Positions 22,801-33,685 of a DNA stretch of 64,000 nt are shown piece by piece. Origin of the DNA: Stegostoma tigrinum. Taxonomy: Eukaryota. The first letter of the stretch is position 1. Every line of letters starts with the position of its first letter. The notes beneath the pieces are model-generated. The model saw nothing but the letters and a program-made list of their open reading frames with translations. It was not told where the DNA came from and did not search any database. The stretch covers positions 20,977,578 to 21,041,577 of the forward strand of contig NC_081370.1 in the NCBI RefSeq assembly GCF_030684315.1, in the 5' to 3' direction. The translations under genes and the position numbers were made by a program.

Positions 22801-25289
22801 AAGCTTCAAAATCTCCCCTTCCCCCACTGCATCCCAAAACCAGCCCAGCTCATCCCCTCCCCCCACTGCATCCCAAAACCAGCCCAGCCTGTCTCTGCTT
22901 CCCTAACCTGTTCTTCCTCTCACCCATCCCTTCCTCCCACCTCAAGCCACACCTCCATTTCTACCTACTACCTCATCCCGCCTCCTTGATCTGTCCATCT
23001 TCCCTGGACTGACCTATCCCCTCCCTACCTCCTCACCTATACTCTCCTCTCCACCTATCTTCTTTTCTCTCCATTTTTCGGTCCGCCTCCCCCCTCTCCC
23101 TATTTATTCCAGTTCCCTCTCCCCATCCCCCTCTCTAATGGAGGGTCTAGGCCCGAAACTTCAGCTTTTGTTCTCCTGAGATGCTGCTTGGCCTGCTGTG
23201 TTCATCCAGCTTCACACTTTGTTATCTTGGATTCTCCAGCATCTATAGTTCCCATTATCACTGAAGAAGCTAATAAATACTTTGCATCAGTCTTCACAGT
23301 GGAAGACATGAATAGTATCCCAACAATTAAGGAGAGTCGGGGGCAGAGTTGAGTATGGTAGGCATTACAAAAGAGAAAGTGCTAGAAAAGCTAAAAGGTC
23401 TAAAAATTGATAAATCTCCTGGCCCCAATGGGCTATATCCTAGAGTTCTGAGGGAGGTGGCTGAGAACATAGCGGATGCTTTGGTTGTGATCTTTCAAAA
23501 GTCACTGGAGTCTGGGAAAGTCCCAGATGACTGGGAAATTGCTGTTGTAATCCCCTTGTTTAAGAAAGGATCAAGGCAAAAGATGGAAAATTATAGGCCG
23601 ATTAGCCTAACTTCGGTTGTTGGTAAAATTCTAGAATCTATTGTTAAGGATGAGATTTCTAAATTCCTGGAATTGCAGGGTCAGATTAGAACAAGTCAGC
23701 ATGGATTTAGTAAGGGGAGGTCATGCCTGACAAAACTGTTAGAATTCTTTGAAGAGGTAACAAGTATGTTAGACCAGGGAAATCCAGTGGATGTTATCTA
23801 TCTAGACTTCCAAAAGGCCTTTGATAAAGTGCCTCACGGGAGGTCGCTGAGCAATGTGTGGGCCCATGGTGTTCGAGGTGAGCTACTGGCTTCGATTGAG
23901 GGTTGGCTGTCTGACAGACGATAGAGAGTTGGGATAAAAGGCTCTTTTTTGGAATGGCAACCAGTGACGACAGGTGTCCCGCAGGGTTCAGTTTTGGGGC
24001 TGCAGCTGTTCACTTTCTATATTATTGATCTGGATGAAAGGACTGGGGGCATTCTGTCGAAGTTTGCCAATGATACAAAGTTAGGTGGACAAGCAGGTAG
24101 TACTGAGGAGGTGAGGAGGCTGCAGAAAAATTTAGGCAGTTTAGGAGAGTGGTCCAGAAAATGGCTGATGGAATTCATTGTGAGCAAATGCAAGGTTTTG
24201 CACTTTGGAAAAAAGAGTACAGGCATAGACTATTTTCTAAACAGTGAGAAAATTCGTAAAGCAGAAGTACAAAGGGATCTGGGACTGTTGGTCCAGATTT
24301 CTCTAAAAGTTAACTTGCAGGTCGGGTCCGTGATTAAGAAAGTGAATGTAATGTCGTTTATCTCAAGAGGGTTGGAATATAAAAGCAGTGATGTGGTTCT
24401 GAGACTTTATAAATCTCTAGTTAGGCCCCACTTGGAATACTGTGTCCAATTTTGGGCCCCACACCTCAGGAAGAACATAACGGGCACTGGAGTGTGTCTA
24501 GCGGAGATTCACACGGATGACCTCTGGAATGGTAGGTTTAACATACAATGAACAGCTGAGGATCCTGGGATTGTATTCATTAGAGTTTAGAAGATTGGGG
24601 GGTGATCTAATAGAAACTTACAAGATAATGCATGGCTTAGAAAGAGTGGACACTGGGAAGTTGTTTCAGTTAGGTGGAGAGTCTAGGAGCTGTGGGCACA
24701 GCCTTAGAATTAGAGGGTGCATATTTAGAACGGAAATGAGGAGTCATTTCTTCAGCCAGACAGTGGTGGGCCTGTGGAATTCTTTGCCACGGAGCACAGA
24801 GGAGGCCAGGCGTTAAATGTCTTCAAGGCAGAGATTGATAAATTCTTGATCTCACAAGGTATTAAGGGCCACGGGGAGAGTGCGGGTAAGTGGAGTTGAA
24901 GTGCCCATCAGCTATGATTAAATGGCGAGGTGCACTTGATGGGCCAAACGGCCTTATTTCCACTTCTACGTCTTATGGTCTTACGGTCATCTGATCCTCA
25001 TCAGCTTTTTGATGTCTATTTTTAAAAGAAAAGATAATTCTAAAAAATTCTAAATTGAATGCAGTCCATGTTTAAATTTCTAAATATGAGTATTGCTGAA
25101 AAAAGCCACATTTTATTGAAGATATTTGTTCTGCAGTCATCACAACAATGCGCAAGAATACCAGTGAAGGAGAAACAGTCAACATTTGTACTATGTGAGA
25201 GAAAAGCACTGATTGATTGGCAAGTGGACTCTGAACGTTAGAGCTGTTATCATGGAGAATGTGTCAATTAATGATGCTTGACAGTTTGC

Positions 25290-25605
25290 AGCATGGTTGC
25301 TCAGTGGTTAGCACTGCTGACTTACAGCACCAGGGACGCAGGTTTGATTCCAACCTCGGGCAACTGTCTGTGTGGAGTTTGCACATTCTCCCCGTGTCTG
25401 CGTGGGTTTCCTCTCGGTGCTCCAGTTTCCTCCTGCAGTCCAAACTTGTGCAGGCTAGGTGGATTGGCCATGCTAAATTGCCTGTAGTGTTCAGGGATGT
25501 GGAGCTTAATTGGGCTATATGCGGATGGATCTGAGTAGGAAGCTCTGAGGGTCAATGTTGGTTTGTTGGGCCGAATGGCCTGTTTCCACACTGTAGGAGC
25601 TCCAT
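25290..25605 (+). mobile_element. HE1-like V-domain SINE
   Basis: A-box GCTCAGTGGTTAG, B-box GGTTTGATTCC, V-domain TGTGTGGAGTTTGCACATTCTCCCCGTGTCTGCGTGGGTTTCC, CR1-like 3' end GGGCCGAATGGCCTGTTTCC. Confidence 0.9.
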
Positions 25606-26397
25606 GATCAATGAACTGTTAGGCTTTGTTTAGATTTTAAACTGGGCAGGTTGTTTCTGATTGGCCAATGCTGCAATATCCCCTACCATTACTACTTATA
25701 ATTTACATTTAAGATTTGGATTCAGAAATCCATAGCAAAGTAATTAATACGGCGTAATTGGAGGAAGGTGACAATTGCAGAATATGGAGATAAAATGTGT
25801 ATTCTGACTCCATTTGTTCCTCAAATAACAACAGTAAACATGTTTTCTAATTTGTAGTCTGTGTTAGAAGACTGTATATAAATTAGCTGCCCTGCTACAA
25901 CAGTGATTACCTATCAAACATGCTTCATTCATTGTAAAACACTTAGATGTCAGATGTCATAAAATGTCCTAGATAATAAAGTAATTCTTCTGTACGTGTA
26001 GGACACTGGCAAGAGATGCTTAGTGTAGACAGCTGTAAACGACATGGAGGAAGAAAAAAATAAACCATGTAGTTCATTTGTGAATTGTATTAGCATAAAT
26101 AAGAATCAATCCAAAGGAGACCTAGGGATCTTAGTAGATTGAGTGTTCAATGTATTAGATCAATACAGAGCAATAATCAGTAAAGATAACAGAATGTTGA
26201 GCCAAAACAGTAAAATATAAGTCAAAGGAAGCCACGAATAAATTGTGCAGCACTAGAATGTGATTGATTATGTTTGCTAAGGACAGGAAGTGTGAGTTCT
26301 GGTGTCAATATAAGAACATATTAAAAATCTGAAGAAACCACTGGCGTTTCAGCATTGAAAGAATAAATCCAATAGTTTATATTAGAGGTATATAAAT

Positions 26398-26530
26398 TAG
26401 GAAGGCTGATGTTTCAGGCGTAGACCCTTCATCAGAAATTCTGAAGAAGGGTCGAGACCCGAAAAGTCAACCTTCTTGCTCCTCTGATGCTGCTTGGCCT
26501 GCTGTGTTCATCCAGCTCTGCACCTTGCTA
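26398..26530. mobile_element. Truncated fold-back PLE mini-element (family 1)
   Basis: Back-to-back decayed hammerhead motifs ...CCCTTCATCAG-AAATT-CTGAAGAAGGG...CCCGAAAAGTC; lies next to decayed CR1 sequence at ~26100-26390. Confidence 0.8.
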
Positions 26531-27279
26531 GCAATGATTCAAGAATTAGTTGTATGTGCAATGTGTTAATATTTTTATTTAACGTCTCAAAGCAAATAAT
26601 AATCATAAATACTGTACGTAAACTATTTACACTGTTACTTAATGTTCACTAAATTTGTTTTTTTTGGTGTGTAGTCCGAGCTTTGTGATGATATCAAGTC
26701 AATCTTAGAAGCTGTGTAATGGAGCATGATCTCATGCAGTAAAGCAGAGTAGAGTGGCGAGGCTTCTCTGCTTGATTCCCAAGACTCACTGCAATTAGCT
26801 AGGTAATGGAAAATAGAGACACACTTTGGTTCATAGCGAACGCATCAGTTATGAAAGTAATATTTGATTCTGAACTCAAATGACATAGTTAGCATTAAAT
26901 CAGAAGAATGTAACAAGCTATGCATTTGATTTTAAATTTAACGGTGAACTTTGTGCATCTACATTGAAAGCCTCACTTTACACAATTCTGCATAATCTTA
27001 TTAGAAGTACAGTGACTTGTTAATTGTAGAATTTTATTAAACACTACAACCTTTCCAGAGCAGGAGTATTTCTAAAGCAATGAATACAATTAATCACCAA
27101 TTAATCTGTAACCTCATTGATGGCTAGGGAATGAGAAGAGCCCCCCCCCCCCTCCAATTCTATACTGAACCAGGAAGCCAGTCCTCAGTTAAACCATGCA
27201 ACTATAGGCCAGCAGCTTTGTTATGTTGACATTCCCTGGGAGGTTCAGGTCATTGAGCAACCTATTTTACAAAGCAAAA

Positions 27280-28100
27280 ACAACTTGCATTTATATAGCA
27301 TCCTCAACATACTAAAATTTCTCAAAGCACTTCACAAAAGAGTTACTGAATCAAACAAAATTTGACATTGCCAAACTCATTAAGGAATTGTTGGAATCAA
27401 GGACTAATTACTTGGTCACAGAGGCAAGTTGCAAGGAGTGTTTTTAAAGATCAAGGAGTTAGAGAGCCAGGGAAGTATGAAAGAGAATTTCAGAGGTTAA
27501 GCTCCAGCAGCTGAAGATGCAACATGCCAAGCGTTGTAGAGAACACAACAGAACTGCGGAAGTTGGATATAATGGAGGGCGGTAGGATAAGAGAGGTTAC
27601 AATGACAGGCAGACTTGAGATCATGAGGTAATTTGAAAACAAACATAAGAATATTAAAACAAGATGTCATTCACAGGGTAATCAGTAATGGGGTCCTAAA
27701 GTATTATAGAGCTGGAAGCAGGTGGACGGGCAAAGGAATGAATCTCATGGTCAAGCATGACATCAGCCTTGTGAACACTTGCGTTCAGTCTAACAGTTGC
27801 CACGTAGGGGGATAGAGTTGGTGGCTAGCGAATGGAGCCGATAATGAGAACCAACACCAATGGATTTAATTCTGCCAATACTTAACTCCAGGAAATTTCT
27901 ATTCAGATGGAATTGGATGTCAGGCATACAATGTGACCAGTCAAAGATGGTGGAAGTGGTGAGAGAGGCAGTGGTGAGGTAGACTGTGGTTTAGCAGCAT
28001 ACATATGAAATTGTGGTAATGTCTCTGAAGGCAACATATCAGTCAGAAATAGGAATAGGATAAAGAAAGATGTTTGGGCGACATGAGAGGAAATCTTGTG
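27280..28100 (-). mobile_element. Decayed L2-like LINE / SINE-tail fragments
   Basis: AACAACTTGCATTTATATAGCA tail and purine-rich decayed L2-type sequence; no intact motifs. Confidence 0.45.
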
Positions 28101-28135
28101 GAACCAGGAAGATAAGTGTTTGCTTTCATTCCCAG

Positions 28136-28356
28136 AGATAATGGGAACTGCAGATGCTGGAGAATTCCAAGATAATAAAATGTGAGGCTGGATGAACACA
28201 GCAGGCCAAGCAGCATCTCAGGAGCAGAAAAGCTGACGTTTCGGGCCTGGACCCTTCATCCTCTCTGATGAAGGGTCCAGGCCCGAAACGTCAGCTTTTC
28301 TGCTCCTGAGATGCTGCTTGGCCTGCTGTGTTCATCCAGCCTCACATTTTATTATC
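28136..28356 (-). mobile_element. Young perfect fold-back PLE mini-element (family 1)
   Basis: 93-bp perfect inverted repeat (28168-28260 / 28267-28359), 6-nt loop, ~32-nt unpaired tail; perfect 16-bp TSD TTGCTTTCATTCCCAG (28120-28135 / 28357-28372). Confidence 0.95.
28265..28294 (+). ncRNA. Minimal hammerhead ribozyme motif
   Basis: CTGATGAAGGGTCCAGGCCCGAAACGTCAG, catalytic boxes intact. Confidence 0.7.
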
Positions 28357-29869
28357 TTGCTTTCATTCCCAGCTATGATTGGATAGATAAAAATGGAACT
28401 GAATGAGTGCACTGGATGACAGAGGAGAGGAGTTGCAGGAGGATGGCTTTGGACTACTGTGTTCATGCCTGCTTGAACTTTACCATAATTTGCTACATTT
28501 CTGTAGTTTTCCAGAACTCTGTCAATACTGCCACTTTTATGGATTTATGGTAACACTGATTGTTGTGATATTTCTCGCAGCAGATGTGTGAAATAGCTCT
28601 AAGTGACATGCTCAACATGTGACCTAGTAGTAAAAAGCTTTCAACCTCCATCTTATGGTGGTCTGTGAGGTTGCAAAAGAACATGCTGCAGGAAGCATGC
28701 TGTAATACATCCAAATTGGTTACCTTAAGCCCAGGTATGCAACTGTCTGTGACTGTAGTGTACGTATGTAGACATCAGGAGTTGTAAATAAAAATTGAAT
28801 TCTTTGGTACTGGGTGATTCATGTCTCAGTCATATTTATAGGAACAAACAAAAGTATTGGAGTGTGATAGTTGCAGATCACAGATATTAAGTTTTACCAT
28901 CACATCATCCTGGAAGAACAGTTGTAGGTGCCTGTCACTGATTATAAAAGATTCCTCGCTGAAGATCATACAACCCTAAACCATAAAGCATCCAAACAAA
29001 CAATTACAATAAGTTGACATGAGTATAGATCTCCAATTTTAACAGCCAGGAGGCAGATTTAGCTTCTTTCTCATTAAAGTTCAAGGCTTATTGAGCTAGA
29101 AGTCTTCAGTCTTTTTTACAAAAAATAAATCAGTCTGCTTCCTGACATGTAAGTTAAAGTACAACGTTTGGAAGATTTGTTACAGACTTAAAAGCAGAGT
29201 CAGCAGCAAAAAGGCTTCCAACTGACTTAAAAATACATAGATGATCAAAGGATAGTCAGTTTAATTATAGATCTGTCTTGTTTAGAACTGGGTTTTAAGC
29301 AATAGAAAGTGTTTTCCTAACCAAGTCAAGCTTACCTATGTACAGTGGTTGGTAGGACTTGCCATTTCATTTTCTTTAATTTGGCATCAAAGCTGGTATC
29401 ATCACTTCTCATTTGGTGCAAATCCCCTGTAGCAGCTGAAATAGGACCTTTCTTCCTTCAAGGCACAGATTCACACTCAGCAAAGCCTCCTTCTAAGGTC
29501 ACAACCATAAAAAATAAGCTAAAATAGAAGAAGAGTGAAAAAATTTGAATAATAAACCAAATAAAATGCAAGAGCAAACAAGTTCCACACTCTGCATCAA
29601 AAAAAGCCAGAGATCATCAGGAAGAAACTGGAAGCAAGCAAGCATTTAAATGTGGTTTGAGCCATGAGTGACAACTTCAACAAACTACAGCTACTTAACT
29701 AACGTATCCCTTAGATGATCTGTTTTACTTTGCAGTTCGAGTCATAACTATTCAGAGAGAAGATCTGTTATTACCTGTTATTGGCAAGGAGAGGCTTTGA
29801 TGAATGAATACATCAGATATCTAATAAAACGATTTCCACTGGAGAGTGCTTCAGGATTAGCTTAAGGTA

Positions 29870-30650
29870 TAGAATCATTGGAACAGGAGTAGGCTGTTTA
29901 GCCCCTTCAGCATGTTTCAACACTCAATGATAGCATGCCCAATCTGTGGCTGAACTCCATTTGCCTGCCCTTGAACCATATCCCTTAATATTTTTGCATA
30001 ACGAAAATATATCTATCTCAGATTTAAAGTTAACAACTGATCCTACATTCACAGCCATTGTGGAAGAGAGTTCCCAACATCCACTACCCTTTGTGTGTAG
30101 AAGTGCCTCCTAACCTGATGATTGACAGTTATCTACTCGGCTTTGTTTAGATTCCTGAATACTTTGGCCCTAATTCTCAGGCTATGACGCCTAGTTCTCA
30201 TATCTCCAACCAGCAGACATTGTTTATCCTTATCTACTTTGTCCTTTCCTGTTAATATTTTGAAGACTTTGATAAGATCACACCTAAATTCCAGGGAGAT
30301 TAGGCCTAATTTGTATATTCTGCCCTCATAACTTAACCACTGATGTCCAGGTATCATTCTTGTAAGCCTATGTTGTACTCCCTCCAAGGCCTTCGAATAT
30401 GTCCTTCCAAAGGTGTGGTGGTCAGATTTGCTCACCCACATGGGGTCTAACCAGGTTTTTATGTAACTACAGCATAACTACTGCATTCTTGTAATCCAGT
30501 CCTCTAGGTAAGGAGGTCAGCATTCCATTAGATTTCTTGGTATCTTTGTGCCTGTTTCTGACATTTTTCAGGTCTATGCACCTAAACCCCAAGTCTATGT
30601 ATTTAACTTCGTACCATCTAGAAAGTGCACAGACTTTTTGATCCAAAATG
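29870..30650 (-). mobile_element. CR1 3' fragment
   Basis: 'ALEGVQHRLTRMIPG...LSYEGR...LGLISLE...DLIKVFKIL' (30133-30441 minus) and CR1 3'UTR. Confidence 0.85.
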
Positions 30651-30689
30651 AACAACCTCATTGTTCTAGGAATCACTTCTAGGTTAGGA

Positions 30690-30860
30690 GACTTCAACCC
30701 AATATCATACAGACAGAAACAGCAAGAGTCTTTTGATGAGTTTGTTGCTGAATGCCACAGCAAATGCCATGAGTGTGTTTTCTCTAAAGAAGAACTCACA
30801 GAGAGGCAAATTGAATTGGCAATCACCTCTACTCCAATCAAAACCATAAGGAAAGACCCT
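30690..30860 (+). pseudogene. LTR-retrotransposon gag fragment
   Basis: 'YRQKQQESFDEFVAECHSKCHECVFSKEELTERQIELAITSTP' resembles the Q-x3-E-x4-F motif of Ty3/Gypsy gag. Confidence 0.6.
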
Positions 30861-31561
30861 AGGGTAACAAAGAAAGGTACCAGCAAACAGGTAGTGAATT
30901 ATCATAACCAGACACTGGACAGTGAGTGAGGCAGAAATCCAGTCAGCAATATTAGGATACCAGCAAAGGTCTGTAAGATATTCAACCAGCCCAGGCCATT
31001 ATGAAGACATTATCAATCATATGCTCCATTGTGAAGGAACAGAAGCTATCTCAGATTAATTTATAATATAATAAACATGCAAGAAAAGAGAGAGGAAGAA
31101 AACTTCAATGATTATAATTGTGCAAAACAATTATACAACAGTGGCAAAACAATTAAGTTGTCAGCGAAAAGTAACTGAGAATAACACCTATTTCTCAACA
31201 TTAGTATAAAACTACCAAATCAGGATGCATTGTCAAATACTTCAATATGACATTTTGGTTTGAATTATTAATCTTGTTAACTTTTAAATGTCGCTATAGT
31301 TGTTGAATTGGCAGCCTTTGCCAATGTTCAATGATGCAGACCTACTCAAAACTACTTTCCTTCGGAAAAAGAGAGGTGTTATGTAATGACTTGCAGCAAA
31401 CAAAATACCTTTAAGTGACATGCTCATGATATCATCACTCTATCACAGCGAGTGACCTTATGGGACAAAGCTCTCAGACTCCGTCTGATGGAGTTCTGTT
31501 CTTCTGCAACATGAAACAGCAAGGGAATTGCTTGAGCGCAGATGACACACAAGTGCTTTTG

Positions 31562-31644
31562 GAACAAAAACAGACTTGCTGAGCTTTTCCAGCAACTTCG
31601 GTTTTTGTTCATGATTTACAGCATCTGCAGTTCTTTCGGTTTCT
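31562..31644 (+). mobile_element. 83-bp fold-back PLE micro-element (family 2)
   Basis: GAACAAAAAC...TTGCTG / CAGCAA...GTTTTTGTTC hairpin plus tail GATTTACAGCATCTGCAGTTCTTTCGGTTT; perfect 14-bp TSD CACAAGTGCTTTTG (31548-31561 / 31645-31658). Confidence 0.85.
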
Positions 31645-32149
31645 CACAAGTGCTTTTGATTGTAATCCACGTATGTAAATACCAGAAGCTGCTACAAAGG
31701 TTCACTGAATTCTTCAGGAATATGTGACCCACGCCTTATTCATATTTATGTTAAGGGAGTTAACATAAATATCACTGTGTGATAGTTGCAAGCCATCAGC
31801 TGTCAAGCCCTACCATCACATCACTGACCTATCATAGCAGCATCCTGCAGGCTCTGTTTACCTTGGCATGGTTCAATGAACACTGCTTTTGGTTAAGCTG
31901 ACAACTTCAAAGTGCACTAATGTAAGTGGACAACTGACCTAAGCCAATGTACTTTCAGTTATTATTAAACAGCATTGCATACACTTCACAGCTGGAATTA
32001 TCAAAGCCAAAAAGTGACTAAGATAACAGCCAAGCTGGAATAAAGTTTCATTCAGTTTCAAAAGATAAACAAATTGCAGGATGAATAATCTCTTGGGATT
32101 AATAAATATCTGATTAAGATGATGAAAAGATCAGAAACTCCAATCAGAA

Positions 32150-32310
32150 ACTGAGGCACAAACTGATCAGGTGATGGATGGGTCATGTGACTAGGTTAAT
32201 CTTATTGATTGACAGGGAGCTCTTCAATTGCATTGGGAATCAGACACATCATGCATACAATTTTCACCCAGTTAGTCATGGTCTGTCCAGAGAAATGAGG
32301 AACCTCTGAA
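32150..32310 (+). pseudogene. Highly decayed retroelement integrase remnant
   Basis: ACTGATCAGG (T-D-Q-G) followed by a GIRH...HPxSxGL-like stretch; frames are broken. Confidence 0.35.
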
Positions 32311-33278
32311 AGCTATACTGTGTAACGTGCTGTAATATTTTAAACTCAAGAATTGTGGAGTCATTGTGGCAGTAGAGACATGTGGAAGGAGTAACCTCCT
32401 GTTTTTTCACACTTTTCTGGAGATCTGGTGGACATGATTTAAGGAGTAAAATAGTTGCAGTGTTATTTGCAAAACCACAGTCAGGAAACGTAGAAGGAAG
32501 TAGCTGATGGGACCAATGTCTGCAGCATCAAAGACCTAGGTTCAGAATACACAAAAATGGTCAATCATAGCCCAAGTGGAACAAGATCAAATCTACCTTT
32601 GCATCTGTCCATATCTCTATGGCTGCCAATAACATGCAGTCAACCCCAACCATTTTTGACAGACCACACTAGATATTCACAAGGGCTCATGACAACAACT
32701 CACATAGCAGCAAACAATAACAGCCTCTAATAAATCCACAGATAAAATATGGACGAGCGGCAGGGTATTGGTAATACTCTGTTACACAATCTATTTTTAT
32801 TTTACCAACCTACCTATCAGAAAGTCATTAAAATTGAGCTGTACAATAGACCTTAACCGTAGCTTATAGATATCTGGTCTGATTTCTCCTTTCAATACTG
32901 AGAATACCTGTACTTCTCAACTGGCCTGTGGTATTTGGTCGATCATAACTGAGTATGCTAAGTTTGAAACAGTTCAAAAGTTTTCCCAAACAAATTTCAT
33001 AGCTCAGCTCACTCTAATTATTTTTTCTTCATATCTCCGTATCTTAATATCTTCATATCACTGAACTCTGATTGGACAAACAGGACTAGTGTTTCTTGCC
33101 CCTTTCCTTCTACAGCCAATGACTATTCAGCATGGAGACGGGGGCATACCATAGTAAAGATGGAAAAATTCTAATAGGGTAGACAAAAAAAGAATGTAAG
33201 AGTGAATTGGTCCAGAATGTGGCTATATAGATTCTTTGTTCTCAACGCCATTCTGGATCAATGAAACATAACCAGCTT

Positions 33279-33350
33279 TCCCTGGTGGTCTAATAGTCAG
33301 GATTCAGCACTCTCACCACCATGACCCAGGTTTAAATCCCAGTCAGGGAA
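33279..33350 (+). pseudogene. tRNA-Glu(CTC) pseudogene
   Basis: 72 nt, colinear with vertebrate tRNA-Glu-CTC (TCCCTGGTGGTCTA...CTCTCA...GTCAGGGAA); about 14 substitutions, mostly CpG transitions; B-box GGTTCGATTCC changed to GGTTTAAATCC; no CCA. Confidence 0.85.
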
Positions 33351-33372
33351 TAAAAGCCCTGCTCTATTAATT

Positions 33373-33685
33373 TGGGGCGGCACGGTGGCTCAGCGGCTAG
33401 CGCTGCAGCCTCATAGCACCAGGGACCTGGGTTCAATTCTACCCTCAGGCAACTGTCTGTGCGGAGTTTGCACATTCTCCCCATGTCTGTGTGGGTTTTC
33501 TCTGGGTGCTTCGGTTTCCTCCCACAGTCTAAAGGCATGCAGGCTAGGTGGATTGGCCGTGCTAACTTGCCTGTAGTGTTCAGGGATGTGTAGATTAGGG
33601 GGATGAGTCCGGGTGGGATGTTCCAAGGGTCAGTGTGGACTTGTTGGGCTGAAGGACCTGTTTCCACACTGTAGGAATTCTATGA
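33373..33685 (+). mobile_element. HE1-like V-domain SINE
   Basis: GGGGCGGCACGGTGGCTCAG head, GGGTTCAATTC B-box, V-domain, tail GGAATTCTATG. Confidence 0.9.

Larger units (their letters stand above)
20486..23260 (+). mobile_element. Penelope-like retroelement with inverted 5' arm, 5'-truncated
   Basis: Inverted arm 20486-21310 (pLTR plus GIY-YIG), RT body ~21315-22800, ORF end, pLTR and tail 22801-23260; 15-bp TSD CTGAAGAACTTAATA (20471-20485) / CTGAAGAAGCTAATA (23261-23275). Confidence 0.95.
19320..24850 (+). pseudogene. CR1 ORF2 (APE endonuclease plus RT), disrupted
   Basis: 'LYLNVRSI', 'GITETW', 'MGDFN', 'SDHN', 'NYRPISLTS', 'YLDFQKAFDKVPH', 'GVPQGSVLG', 'FANDTK', 'RPHLEYCVQFW'. Confidence 0.9.
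18310..24988 (+). mobile_element. Near-full-length CR1 LINE interrupted by a Penelope-like element
   Basis: ORF1 and ORF2 motifs in order; the CR1 sequence is continuous across the PLE insertion; 3' microsatellite tail TCTTATGG-TCTTACGG at ~24970-24988. Confidence 0.95.

Noticed and set aside
23135-23164. Hammerhead in the 3' pLTR of the large PLE as an active ribozyme
   Set aside because: The core is mutated (CTAATGG, GAAACTTC); the copy at 48296 (CTGGTGA) is likewise mutated.
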